A DNA stretch of 62,341 bases, filler included, from Caldilineae bacterium (GCA_037446815.1; 11 parts of 11 records of this genome joined end to end with filler, not necessarily neighbours in it); one strand, 5' to 3'. Shown: positions 20,106-29,503, counted from the whole stretch's first letter. Made by a program: numbers and translations. Notes: generated by a model not told the origin, from the letters alone.

Positions 20106-21322
20106 GTCGGGTAGACCTCTCCCGCTTCTCTCCGTGGCAGTTGATTCAGATGGACGCCTGCACGCGCTGCGGCGAGTGTATTACGTGGTGCCCGACCTTC
20201 GCGGAGGCGCAGCGCGATGAGATCACCCCGCTGTCCAAACTGACCCGATTCCGCTCATTCGCCAAGGGGCAGCATGGCGGGTTTCTGGCGCGCCTATTCG
20301 GCCACCGCCCGCCGACCGAGTCGGACATCCGCCTGTTCTCCGCGGGCGCATATGATTGCACCCTGTGCGCGCGGTGCCACGTGGTCTGCCCCGTGCACAT
20401 TCAGACGCGGGACATCTGGATTGGGATGCGCGAGGAGATGGTGGCCCTGGGCGCCTATCCGGCGGCGTTTGACACGCTGCGGGCCGCGCTGGCCGAGAAG
20501 CGCAACATCGCGGGCGAGGACAACGCCTTGCGCATGGTGTGGAGCGAGAACCTGGAAACGCCCCTGGGCGACATTGTAGGCCGCGCCCGCGCCGACATGG
20601 TCTACTTCGCGGGATGCGTGTCCTCGTTCTACCCCGCGGTGTACGGCGTAACCCAGGCGTTCGTGGGCATCCTCACGCGCATCGGCGCCGACTTCACCAT
20701 GCTGGGCGGCGAGGAGTGGTGCTGTGGATTCCCGCTGCACATCGCGGGCATGGGCGATGCGGCAGTGGAATTGGCCCGCCACAACGTCCAGGCCGTGCGG
20801 GCGACAGGGGCCAAGCGCTTGGTGGCCACGTGCCCGTCCTGCTACCACACCTGGAAGCACGAGTACCCGCGCTGGCTGGGCGAGCCTCTGGGGTTTGAGG
20901 TGCTCCACGCGGCGGAGGCGCTGGACGAGTGGGTGGCCGAGGGCGCGCTCCCGCTGAAGCCGCTGGAGGCGAAGGTTACCTATCACGACCCGTGCGACCT
21001 GGGGCGCACCAGCGGCATCTACGAGGCCCCGCGTAGGGTCATCTGCGCCATCCCGGGCGTTGCCCTCGTGGAGATGCAGGATCATCATGAGCGGTCGCTG
21101 TGTTGCGGCGGCGGCGGCGACGCGGAGATGGCCAACGCCGAACTCACCGCCGCCGTGGCCAAACGCCGACTGGCCCAGGCCCAGGCGACGGGCGCCGAGT
21201 ACCTGGTCTCGGCGTGTCAGCAGTGCAAGCGAACGCTGGCCACGACTGCGCGCCGCGAGAAGGTGCGAATCCGCACCCTGGACATCACTGAACTGGTCTG
21301 GCAAGCCATGGAGCGAGCGTAA
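20102..21322 (+). CDS. HdrD/GlpC-like Fe-S oxidoreductase with CCG domains
   Basis: CTRCGECITWCP, CTLCARCHVVCP, WCCG, CPSC, YHDPCDLGR, CCGGGG, CQQC. Confidence 0.9.
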   Translation: MSRVDLSRFSPWQLIQMDACTRCGECITWCPTFAEAQRDEITPLSKLTRFRSFAKGQHGGFLARLFGHRPPTESDIRLFSAGAYDCTLCARCHVVCPVHIQTRDIWIGMREEMVALGAYPAAFDTLRAALAEKRNIAGEDNALRMVWSENLETPLGDIVGRARADMVYFAGCVSSFYPAVYGVTQAFVGILTRIGADFTMLGGEEWCCGFPLHIAGMGDAAVELARHNVQAVRATGAKRLVATCPSCYHTWKHEYPRWLGEPLGFEVLHAAEALDEWVAEGALPLKPLEAKVTYHDPCDLGRTSGIYEAPRRVICAIPGVALVEMQDHHERSLCCGGGGDAEMANAELTAAVAKRRLAQAQATGAEYLVSACQQCKRTLATTARREKVRIRTLDITELVWQAMERA

Positions 21323-21335
21323 GGAGGAAGTCGCT

Positions 21336-21764
21336 GTGAAAATCGGCAAGTACGAGTTTCCCGAAGACCGCTACTACGACAGGGATCACAACTGGGCGTT
21401 GGTGCAGGCCGACGGCCTGGTGGTGCAGGGGCTGTCGGACTTTGCGCAGGACATTGCGGGTGAAATCCTGTACACCGAGCCCCCGCGCCAGGGCCGCGAC
21501 CTGGAACAAGGCAAGCCGTTCATGTCCATGGAGTCGGGCAAGTGGGTGGGCCGCATCAAGGCCGTCGTCAGCGGCAGGGTGGCCGAAGCCAACGCCGAAC
21601 TGGAGTGGGAAAGCGCGCTCATCAACAAGGATCCCTATGGCAAGGGGTGGCTGGTGAAGATTCGCCCGTCCAATCTGGAGGCCGAACTGGCGAACCTGAT
21701 GAGGCCCACGTCGCCCGAGTTCGCCGAATTCATGCGCGCCGAGATGGCGAAGTACGGGAAGTGA
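21336..21764 (+). CDS. GcvH/LbpA-like lipoyl carrier protein
   Basis: GLSDFAQDIAG, MESGKWVG lipoyl-Lys, INKDPYGKGWLVKI; SD AAGGAGG. Confidence 0.9.
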   Translation: MKIGKYEFPEDRYYDRDHNWALVQADGLVVQGLSDFAQDIAGEILYTEPPRQGRDLEQGKPFMSMESGKWVGRIKAVVSGRVAEANAELEWESALINKDPYGKGWLVKIRPSNLEAELANLMRPTSPEFAEFMRAEMAKYGK

Positions 21765-21776
21765 ACGGGCGGGCTC

Positions 21777-21868
21777 TAGCCGCTAGCCTTTAGATTTGCT
21801 CGGCACCCACCATCTCAGAGATTGGAGGCTATAGGCCAACGGCTAATGGCTAAAGGCTAGAGGCCAAC
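21777..21868. repeat. inverted heptamer array between the gcvH-like and lplA genes
   Basis: TAGCCGC TAGCCTT TAGATTT ... ATAGGCC AACGGCT AATGGCT AAAGGCT AGAGGCC. Confidence 0.75.
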
Positions 21869-21909
21869 GCGGGGAGACCGCTCACTGCGGGAATCTACAG
21901 GAGGTGTGC

Positions 21910-22953
21910 ATGTACGTATACGACCTGGGCGCGGTGCCCTGGCTTGAGTCGCAATTGCTGTACCACGCGCTGCCGCGGGTGGGCGGCGCGGGTGTGATTC
22001 TGCTCTCGCCCGCCACGCCCTACGTGTGCATCGGCTACCACCAGGACGCGGCGCAGGAGGTGGATTTGGACTTCTGCCGCGAGCACGGCATCCCCGTGTT
22101 CCGGCGGGAGGTGGGCGGCGGCGCCGTGTACCTGGACGGCAACCAACTGTTCTACCAAATCGTGCTGCCCCCCGACCATCCGGCGGCGCAGGGGGACAAG
22201 GAGGCCATCTACCGCCGCCTGCTGGCCCCCGTGGTGCGCACCTATCAGGCCATCGGCATCCCCGCCGAGTACAAGCCCATCAACGACATCATCACCGGCG
22301 GGCGCAAGATTTCGGGCAACGGCGCGGCGGAGATCGCCGGCTGCACCATCCTCGTCGGCAACCTCATCCTGGACTTCAATCACGAGATGATGGCGCGCGT
22401 GCTCCGCGTCCCCGATGAGAAGTTTCGCGATAAGGTGTTCAAGACGCTGAAGGATAACCTGACCACCATCCGCCAGGAGTTGGGCCGCGTGCCGCCCGTG
22501 GAGGAACTGAAGGCCATCCTCGTGCGCGAGTTGGAATCGGTGCTCGGCGCGCTGGAGCCTGCGGCGTTGCCCACGGAGGTGTACCGTGTGGCCGATGACC
22601 TGGCCCCGCGCATGACGAGCGAGGCGTGGCTGCTGGGGCGGAGCAGGCAGGAGCGCGGGCGGGATGTGAAAATCCGCGCCGGCCTGCATGTGGTGCAGCG
22701 CGCCTACAAGGCCCGCGGCGGCCTCATCCGAGTCCTCATGGTCGTGCGGGATGAACGGATTGCCGAACTGGAACTTTCGGGCGATTTCTTCTTCTACCCC
22801 GCCGAGAGCCTTGGCGAACTGGAGCGGGCGCTCATCGGCGCGCGCGTAGCCGAGGCGGAGTCGGTGATCGCCGAGTTCTATCGCGTCCGGGGCGTGGAAT
22901 CCCCGGGCGTTGCTCCCGCCGACTTCGCCGAGGCGCTCCGCGTCCCCGCGTGA
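21910..22953 (+). CDS. lplA: lipoate--protein ligase
   Basis: IGYHQD, RREVGGGAVYLD, NDI...RKISGNG, C-terminal accessory domain with GDFF. Confidence 0.9.
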   Translation: MYVYDLGAVPWLESQLLYHALPRVGGAGVILLSPATPYVCIGYHQDAAQEVDLDFCREHGIPVFRREVGGGAVYLDGNQLFYQIVLPPDHPAAQGDKEAIYRRLLAPVVRTYQAIGIPAEYKPINDIITGGRKISGNGAAEIAGCTILVGNLILDFNHEMMARVLRVPDEKFRDKVFKTLKDNLTTIRQELGRVPPVEELKAILVRELESVLGALEPAALPTEVYRVADDLAPRMTSEAWLLGRSRQERGRDVKIRAGLHVVQRAYKARGGLIRVLMVVRDERIAELELSGDFFFYPAESLGELERALIGARVAEAESVIAEFYRVRGVESPGVAPADFAEALRVPA

Positions 22954-22960
22954 GGCCGCC

Positions 22961-23070
22961 ATGGAGATGCGAACCGTTTCCGCGCAATACATCGGCGACG
23001 AGCGGGCCGCGGTCTGCGTCGGCGACTACGCCTTCGTCGTGGACGAGCGGGTGAACTTGGAGCGCCCGGG
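22961..23070 (+). CDS. partial ORF, possibly OsmC-like (3' truncated)
   Basis: MEMRTVSAQYIGDERAAVCVGDYAFVVDE resembles an OsmC N-terminus. Confidence 0.4.
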
Positions 23071-23263
23071 NNNNNNNNNNNNNNNNNNNNNNNNNNNNNN
23101 NNNNNNNNNNNNNNTTAATTAATTAANNNNNNNNNNNNNNNNNNNNNNNNNNNNNNNNNNNNNNNNNNNNTTTGGAACCGAGTCCGCGACCGCTCCCCCT
23201 AGACAAAACGCAAATCTTATGCTATACTGTGCCTGCCCGATTACCAGAGCGCGGGGTAGGCCC

Positions 23264-23683
23264 ATGATGACGAAGTGGCTCGTGGTTGTCTTGCTGGGTG
23301 CGGCTCCCTGGGGCGGCATCTGGTTCCCATCCACAACGGGCTTGGCAATGGGGCTGGGCCTTCCGGCGGCCATCGGTCTGTCCACCGCCGGGCAGTTCGG
23401 GGGCGTGCTGGCGATCCTCAAGGCCTGCGCCGCCGCGGAAAAGCGCCCCGAACTGGTGCGCCATCTGGCGCGCGTGCGCACCGAGCGCGTCCACTACTTC
23501 CTGCACCGATACGGCGTGCTCGGCATTCCCCTGGCCGTCGTGGTGCTCGGAGCCTACGCGGTAACGGCGGGGCTGGCCGCCCTGGGCATGAGCCACAGGC
23601 GCATCCTCATCTCCGTCTCGGTGTCGCTGGCGCTCATGGCGATCGGTCTGTATGTCCTCATCGCCCTGGCGCCGCTGGGATAG
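23264..23683 (+). CDS. small multidrug-export-like membrane protein
   Basis: LLGAAPWGG.. and RYGVLG motifs, about 4 TM helices. Confidence 0.6.
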   Translation: MMTKWLVVVLLGAAPWGGIWFPSTTGLAMGLGLPAAIGLSTAGQFGGVLAILKACAAAEKRPELVRHLARVRTERVHYFLHRYGVLGIPLAVVVLGAYAVTAGLAALGMSHRRILISVSVSLALMAIGLYVLIALAPLG

Positions 23684-23690
23684 CGACCTC

Positions 23691-24545
23691 TCATCCCTCG
23701 CGTGAAGCGCCGCATGCCCGGCGAGGCGCGTTCCGCATGCGTTCGTAGTGGAACAAGTACTGTTGCGCATACCCCGCGTAAGGCCCTAGCCATGCCCGCG
23801 CAAACTCCGCCGTCTGGCGGTACGACCGAAGCCCGGCCCCGCGCCGCGCCAGGATGCGCTTCATCCACACGTCCACCGGCACCGCTTGCAGGTGGCCCAG
23901 CGCAAACAGGCACACGCAATCGGCTACCTTCGGCCCCACGCCCGGCAGGGCCTGCAAGCGCGCGTGGGCGGCCTCGTAGTCCAGCGACGCCAGCGCGTCC
24001 AGGTCAAACCGCCCCGAATCCACCATCCGCGCCGTCCCGACAACGTAAGCCGCCCTGTAGCCCAGGCCCAGCGCGCGCAGATCACCCTCGGACAGCGCCG
24101 CCAGCACCGACGCGCGCGGCAGGGCGTAGAAGCCATCGGCGACGTGCTCGCCGAAGCGAGCCGCCATCGCCCCAAGCATCTTGTCAATGCGCGGGATGTT
24201 GGCGTTCGTCGCGCAGACAAACGACAGCACCGCGTCCCACAACTCGTAGCGCACCAGCCGCATCCCTCGGTACGTCGCCACTGCCTCGCGCAGCGCGGAC
24301 TCGTCGGGGAACGTCGCGTAGATGGCATCCAGCGGGTCGTCCAGGCGGAAGTAGGCGGCGACGGTCTCCGGCGGGAGCGAGGTCTCGCAGGCCAGCGCGT
24401 CGCCCTGCTGCCAGACGCGCACCAGCGCGCCGCCGATGACGCCCCGCCACGCGCCGCCGGGTTCCGCCCGCCACAGGAACGACTGTCCACACCGAAGGGT
24501 TTCGTCTAGGTTGATTCCGCCGGAAGCGGGAAGGATGTAGGGCAT
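23691..24545 (-). CDS. 8-oxoguanine DNA glycosylase (OGG1-like, HhH-GPD)
   Basis: LDETLRCGQSF, NANIPRI, GLGYRA, LPGVGPKVADC, VPVDVW, AGYAQQYLF. Confidence 0.92.
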   Translation of the reverse strand: MPYILPASGGINLDETLRCGQSFLWRAEPGGAWRGVIGGALVRVWQQGDALACETSLPPETVAAYFRLDDPLDAIYATFPDESALREAVATYRGMRLVRYELWDAVLSFVCATNANIPRIDKMLGAMAARFGEHVADGFYALPRASVLAALSEGDLRALGLGYRAAYVVGTARMVDSGRFDLDALASLDYEAAHARLQALPGVGPKVADCVCLFALGHLQAVPVDVWMKRILARRGAGLRSYRQTAEFARAWLGPYAGYAQQYLFHYERMRNAPRRACGASREG

Positions 24546-24739
24546 TCTCCAGACCTCACATGGCGTTGCACCGCGGAGGACATTATGGGATGTTGCCACG
24601 CCGCGCAGGGGCAGTGAAACCCAATTCACCGCTGAGACGCGGAGACCGCAGAGAACATTCGGATTATTCTTCCCCTCTCTGCGTCCTCTGTGCCTCTCTC
24701 TGCGGTGAAATCCCCTCCCACCGCGGAGACGCAAATGAT

Positions 24740-24768
24740 TTGCCCGGAAACCCCTTTGCCCGTATAAT
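24740..24768 (+). promoter_or_regulatory. tadA promoter, predicting a leaderless mRNA
   Basis: TTGCCC-17-TATAAT; GTG start 7 nt downstream; no SD. Confidence 0.65.
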
Positions 24769-24775
24769 AACCCTA

Positions 24776-25237
24776 GTGAGCGACGACGAACGGTACATGC
24801 GCGAGGCCCTGCAACAGGCGCTTCTCGCCCTTGAGAAGGGCGAGGTGCCGGTGGGCGCGGTGGCGGTGCGCGACGGGGTCATCATCGCGCGCGGGCATAA
24901 CCTGCGCGAGACCCGCCGCGACCCAACCGCCCACGCAGAGATGATCGCGCTGCAACAGGCGAGCCGCGTGCTGGGCGGCTGGCGACTCCTCGGCGTTACG
25001 CTGTACTGCACGCTGGAGCCGTGCGCCATGTGCGCCGCCGCGATGGTACATGCGCGGTTGCCGCGCCTGGTCTACGGCGCGCCCGACCCCAAGGCGGGAG
25101 CCGCCGGCTCGGTGCTCAACCTGACCGCGTCGCCGGCGCTCAACCATCGGGTGGAAGTGATGGGCGGCGTCCTCGCCGAGGAAGCCGCGGCGATTCTCGC
25201 CCGCTTCTTCGCCCGATTGCGTTTCACAACCGAATAG
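24776..25237 (+). CDS. tadA: tRNA adenosine(34) deaminase
   Basis: GEVPVGAV, DPTAHAE, TLEPCAMC, DPKAGAAGS. Confidence 0.95.
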   Translation: MSDDERYMREALQQALLALEKGEVPVGAVAVRDGVIIARGHNLRETRRDPTAHAEMIALQQASRVLGGWRLLGVTLYCTLEPCAMCAAAMVHARLPRLVYGAPDPKAGAAGSVLNLTASPALNHRVEVMGGVLAEEAAAILARFFARLRFTTE

Positions 25238-25247
25238 TCTGGTACGC

Positions 25248-25334
25248 GGAGGGATAGCATAGTCCGGCCGAATGCGCGCGTCTCGAAAACGCGTGGGCAG
25301 AAATGCCCCGTGGGTTCAAATCCCACTCCCTCCG
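25248..25334 (+). tRNA. tRNA-Ser(CGA)
   Basis: Acceptor stem GGAGGGA/TCCCTCC, anticodon arm CGCGT-CTCGAAA-ACGCG, long variable arm, GGTTCAAATCC, discriminator G; CCA not encoded. Confidence 0.95.
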
Positions 25335-25374
25335 CCTCTTCTTGCCCAGCGATGGGGCAGACGCAAGACCCGCC

Positions 25375-26277
25375 CTACTCCTCGGTCTTGGCCGCCTTCT
25401 CCGCGTGGCCGACAAACGGCTCCAAGAGTTTCGTGAACTCCATCGGCAGGATGAACTTGGTGGCCGGGCTGGCCCCCAGGCTCCGCAGCGTGTCCAGGTA
25501 CTGAAGGCTCATGGTCTTGCTGTCCACGCCCTTCGCCACGCTGAACACCTTGTCCAGCGCCAGCGAGAACCCCTCGGCGCGGAGGATGGCCGCCTGGCGT
25601 TCGCCTTCGGCCTGGAGGATGGCCGACTGCTTGGCGCCCTCGGCGCGCAGGATGGCCGCCTGCTTCTCGCCCTCGGCCACCTTGACGGCCGACTCGCGCT
25701 TGCCGTCGGCCTCGGTTACCATAGCGCGGCGCTCGCGCTCGGCGGCCATCTGGCGGTTCATGGCGGTCTGAACCTCGCGCGGCGGCTCAATCTCCCGAAT
25801 CTCCACCGTCGTTACCTTGACGCCCCAGCGCTCGGTTACCTCGTCCAGTTTCACGCGCAGGATGTGATTGATCTCCTCGCGTCGCGCCAGCACGTCGTCC
25901 AGCAGGATGTCGCCGATGACCGCGCGCAGGGTCGTCGTGGCGATACCCGCCGACGCGCCGGCGAAATCCCGCACCTGGAGCACGCTCAACGTCGGGTTGA
26001 TGACCTTCCAGTAGATGAGGAAGTCAATGGAGATGGGCGCATTGTCCTTGGTGATGCACGTCTGGTGGGGAATCGGCAGGTACGATTCGCGCAAGTCCAC
26101 CCTGGTGGGCTGGTCTATGATGGGGATGAGCAGGACGAGCCCCGGCCCCTTCTCGCCGATGCAACGGCCCAGACGGAACACCACAAGCCGCTCGTAGTCG
26201 CGCACGATCTTGATGGCCGACGCCAGCAAGATGATGATGAACACAAGCACCAGGAAAGCGAACACGATGGTTTCCAC
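25375..26277 (-). CDS. SPFH/band 7 domain protein
   Basis: N-terminal TM, VVFRLGR, ITKDNA, TTLRAVIG, QMAAERERRA, AEG repeats. Confidence 0.93.
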   Translation of the reverse strand: METIVFAFLVLVFIIILLASAIKIVRDYERLVVFRLGRCIGEKGPGLVLLIPIIDQPTRVDLRESYLPIPHQTCITKDNAPISIDFLIYWKVINPTLSVLQVRDFAGASAGIATTTLRAVIGDILLDDVLARREEINHILRVKLDEVTERWGVKVTTVEIREIEPPREVQTAMNRQMAAERERRAMVTEADGKRESAVKVAEGEKQAAILRAEGAKQSAILQAEGERQAAILRAEGFSLALDKVFSVAKGVDSKTMSLQYLDTLRSLGASPATKFILPMEFTKLLEPFVGHAEKAAKTEE

Positions 26278-26328
26278 TTTTGCATCCCTCCCAGAGATGG
26301 TGTGGTGTGAGGGTCGCTTGCCGCGCCC

Positions 26329-27075
26329 TCAACGGGTTTGTTTGGCCGCACGCGCGCGGGCAGCCTCCCACTCGCTGTAGAGACAGCCGCAGTAGTGTTG
26401 CTTGTACAGGCCGTATTCGTTGGCCATGCGGCCCCGCTCGGACCAACCGCGCCGAAAATCCTCGTAGAAGAACGGCACGCCGACGGCCGCGCCCACCTCC
26501 TCCCCGATGTTCCGTATCGCCTCCTGATCCTGATGAATGCTGATGAGCAGCGTCGTCGTGAAGGCGTCAAACCCGCCGTCGCGGGCAGCGCGCGCCGTCT
26601 GCTCCAGCCGCATTCGGTAGCAGATGCGGCAGCGTTCGCGGAACGCCTCGTGCCCCGCGACCTGGCGGAAGAACAGCGGCATATCGTAGTCCTCGTGCCA
26701 GATGACGGGCAGGCCCACCCGCTCCACGTACCCGCGCAGGGTCTCGCGCCGCATCTCGTGCTCGGCGAACGGGTGGATGTTCGGATTGTACCAGTAGCCT
26801 GTAACCGCGAACCCCAAATCCCGCAGGCGCTGGATGGTGTACGTCCCGCACGGCCCACAGCAGATGTGCAACAGTATGCGTTTGCCCTCGCCGGGGCGTT
26901 GGGGCTGGGGGCGCTCCTCGCGGGCGGGCAGTTGGACGACGCGGGCGAGGCGGATGGTAAACGGGTCGCGGCTCACCTCAACCGCCTGACCCTCTTGCAG
27001 TAACTTGAGGGCCTTCTTCTCGGACGTGAGGGAGACCCGCTTCCCCTCCGCGTCCAGGACGATGACTTTGTCCAT
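26329..27075 (-). CDS. queH: epoxyqueuosine reductase QueH with an N-terminal PLMP/RRXRR-like domain
   Basis: LLHICCGPC, YNPNIHP, RCRICY..RL, FTTTL, LYKQHYCGCLYS; about 60-aa N-terminal extension. Confidence 0.88.
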   Translation of the reverse strand: MDKVIVLDAEGKRVSLTSEKKALKLLQEGQAVEVSRDPFTIRLARVVQLPAREERPQPQRPGEGKRILLHICCGPCGTYTIQRLRDLGFAVTGYWYNPNIHPFAEHEMRRETLRGYVERVGLPVIWHEDYDMPLFFRQVAGHEAFRERCRICYRMRLEQTARAARDGGFDAFTTTLLISIHQDQEAIRNIGEEVGAAVGVPFFYEDFRRGWSERGRMANEYGLYKQHYCGCLYSEWEAARARAAKQTR

Positions 27076-28100
27076 CAGAACAACCCCGGCTGCTGCGCCG
27101 TGTCGGCGGGGTACGGGATGCCGAGGTGCTCGTAGGCGCGGCGCGTGGCCACCCGCCCCCGTGAAGTGCGCTCCAGGAAGCCCAGTTGCAGCAGGTACGG
27201 CTCGTACACGTCCATGATGGTGTCCGGCTCTTCGCTGATGGACGCCGCGATGGTATCCAGCCCCACCGGCCCCCCGCCGAACTTCTCAATGATGGTGCGG
27301 ATGACCCGTCGGTCCACCTCGTCCAGGCCCAGGTCATCCACATCCAGCAGGCTCAGCGCCTCGCGGGCCACGTCCAGCGTGATGGCTCCCTGGGCGCGCA
27401 CGTCGGCGAAATCGCGCACGCGGCGCAGCAATCGGTTCGCCACGCGGGGCGTCCCGCGGGAGCGGCGGGCGATCTCCCGCGCGCCCTCGGGACTGAGCCG
27501 CACGCCCAGGATGGCAGCGGAGCGGGTAACGATCTGCTCCATCGCGGCCAGGTCGTAGAAGTCCAGCCGGTACACCACGCCGAACCGCCCGCGCAACGGC
27601 GAGGTCATGAGCGCCAGGCGGGTCGTGGCGCCCACGACAGTGAAGCGAGGGAGTTTCAGTCGCACGCTGCGGGCCGACGGGCCTTTGCCGATGATGATGT
27701 CCAGGGCGAAGTCCTCCATCGCGGGGTACAGGACCTCCTCCACAGCCTTGCCCAGGCGGTGAATCTCGTCAATGAAGAGCACATCGCCCTTGCTCATGTT
27801 CGTCAGGATGGAGGCGAGGTCGCCCGGGCGCTCTATGGCGGGGCCGGAGGTGATCTTCAGATTCGTGCCCATCTCATTGGCGATGATGTGCGCGAGGGTC
27901 GTCTTGCCCAGGCCGGGCGGGCCATAGAACAGGACGTGATCCAGCGGCTCGCCGCGCGCTTTGGCCGCCTCCAGGAAGATGCGCAGGTTCTCCTTCAGCC
28001 GCTCCTGGCCGATGTATTCCGACAGGCGTTTGGGCCGCAGGTCGGCGTCCACGGTGCGGTCTTGGGCCTGCGGCTTGCCCGACGTGATGCGCTCACGCAT
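27075..28100 (-). CDS. ruvB: Holliday junction branch migration helicase RuvB
   Basis: [49 protein letters not shown]. Confidence 0.99.
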   Translation of the reverse strand: MRERITSGKPQAQDRTVDADLRPKRLSEYIGQERLKENLRIFLEAAKARGEPLDHVLFYGPPGLGKTTLAHIIANEMGTNLKITSGPAIERPGDLASILTNMSKGDVLFIDEIHRLGKAVEEVLYPAMEDFALDIIIGKGPSARSVRLKLPRFTVVGATTRLALMTSPLRGRFGVVYRLDFYDLAAMEQIVTRSAAILGVRLSPEGAREIARRSRGTPRVANRLLRRVRDFADVRAQGAITLDVAREALSLLDVDDLGLDEVDRRVIRTIIEKFGGGPVGLDTIAASISEEPDTIMDVYEPYLLQLGFLERTSRGRVATRRAYEHLGIPYPADTAQQPGLF

Positions 28101-28339
28101 GCCTTCGCTCCTCGCTGATAAGTGACCCCATTATAGCAGAAGGTTCCCTCAAGGTGAAACAGGCGCAAGATGGAGCAAAGGAGAGCAAGTAATTGTTTTG
28201 GAGAGAACACGCGTGGCAAATGTTGTCAAACTGCTGTGATTCGGTTACAATTGCCTTCGCTGCCGATAGACCCGATTGACCCGCCTTGCGAAAGATGCTA
28301 TAAGTATGCACACCTCGCCGCCAGGAAAGGAGTTTGGAT

Positions 28340-28711
28340 ATGACCCATGTACGGGTGAATGTGCAGGAGATTCGCCAAAGACTGCAGCAAGAGCGCGAGG
28401 AAACGCTGACCAATATCGCCCGCCTCCAGGAGGGGATGACCTACGACCTGGAAACGTCCCCCGAGGAAGGCGACCCGGATATTTGGGAGCGCGAGAAGAT
28501 CGCCTCCCTGATTCGCAGCCTGGAAAACAAACTGTCGGAGATAGACCGCGCGCTCCGCATGACGGAGCGGGGCGACTATGGCCTGTGCGAACGGTGCGGC
28601 CAGCCCATTGACCCCGCCCGCCTGAAGGTGATGCCCACCGCCACCCTGTGTCTGAAGTGCAAGCAGGAACTGGAGCGGCAGGCCGCGGCCCGCATCCCGC
28701 CGCGCGAATAG
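28340..28711 (+). CDS. TraR/DksA C4 zinc finger protein
   Basis: IDRAL..GDYGLCERCGQPIDPARL..PTATLCLKC; upstream TTGACC-17-TATAAG at 28276-28304. Confidence 0.92.
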   Translation: MTHVRVNVQEIRQRLQQEREETLTNIARLQEGMTYDLETSPEEGDPDIWEREKIASLIRSLENKLSEIDRALRMTERGDYGLCERCGQPIDPARLKVMPTATLCLKCKQELERQAAARIPPRE

Positions 28712-28910
28712 GCCGCCGCCGTGCTGCGGATTCGGTTCCAAAGTCTGTTGGTATTTGTCATTGCGAGGGCGCGGAGCGNNNNNNNNNNNNNNNNNNNNNN
28801 NNNNNNNNNNNNNNNNNNNNNNTTAATTAATTAANNNNNNNNNNNNNNNNNNNNNNNNNNNNNNNNNNNNNNNNNNNNACGTCTCAGACCTGTCCCTACG
28901 CGGTTGGTTT

Positions 28911-28946
28911 TTCCGCCACAATCAGCCGCACGATGCCCCAGGCCCA
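28911..28946. repeat. 36-bp direct repeat of the methyltransferase 3' end (other copy 29859-29894)
   Basis: TTCCGCCACAATCAGCCGCACGATGCCCCAGGCCCA is identical in both places. Confidence 0.9.
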
Positions 28947-28972
28947 GAGGCCCTGGAACGAGTTTGCGCCCA

Positions 28973-29122
28973 GATTCGGTTCCAAAGTCTGTTGGCATTT
29001 GTCATTGCGAGGGCGCGGAGCGCCCGAAGCAATCTCTGGGGCGTGAGGTTGCTTCGCTTCGCTCGCAACGACACACGAGGAGAGTGTCCTTGCGTTTCAC
29101 CAACACAAGATGAAACCGACTC
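28973..29122. mobile_element. complete MITE with an 8-bp TSD
   Basis: TIRs GATTCGGTTCCA/TGAAACCGACTC; TGCGCCCA at 28965-28972 and 29123-29130. Confidence 0.88.
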
Positions 29123-29137
29123 TGCGCCCAACAGCGT

Positions 29138-29166
29138 TTGACCTGCGCAAGCCCCTGCGCTATACT
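29138..29166 (+). promoter_or_regulatory. promoter of the TA operon
   Basis: TTGACC-17-TATACT. Confidence 0.65.
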
Positions 29167-29203
29167 TTCGGTAGGCCCGTGTGAATCCGTGGGGGTAAGG
29201 ACC

Positions 29204-29503
29204 ATGTCCCGCGATGACGTGGAGCACATTCTGGCGAAACTGCGAGCCTTGAAGCCGGAAATCGCGGCGCGGTATCGGGTCCGCGAACTCGGCGTCTTTG
29301 GCTCGTTCTCGCGGGGCGAGCAGGGAGAAGCCAGCGATATTGATCTTCTCGTGGACTTTGAAGAGGGCGCCGATCTGCTGGACCTGGTGGGACTTGCCCA
29401 GTTCCTGGAAGAGCAGTTCCACAGGCCGATAGATGTTGTCCCCAAGCGTGCGCTGCGGGCGGAAATACGCAAGGCGGTCCTTGAAGAGGTCGTGCCCCTA
29501 TGA
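29204..29503 (+). CDS. MNT minimal nucleotidyltransferase antitoxin
   Basis: FGSFSRGEQGEASDIDLLV (GSX10DXD), IDVV. Confidence 0.93.
   Translation: MSRDDVEHILAKLRALKPEIAARYRVRELGVFGSFSRGEQGEASDIDLLVDFEEGADLLDLVGLAQFLEEQFHRPIDVVPKRALRAEIRKAVLEEVVPL

Noticed and set aside
21336..21764. Canonical glycine cleavage operon
   Set aside because: No gcvT/gcvP in the contig and an atypical lipoyl motif
25248..25375. Island integrated at tRNA-Ser, or tRNA-Sec
   Set aside because: The anticodon is CGA, not TCA; no duplicated 3' end or integrase is present
26329..27075. IscB/IsrB nuclease or IS200/605 element
   Set aside because: No RuvC or HNH motifs follow the PLMP-like segment and there is no room for an omega-RNA; the remainder is QueH
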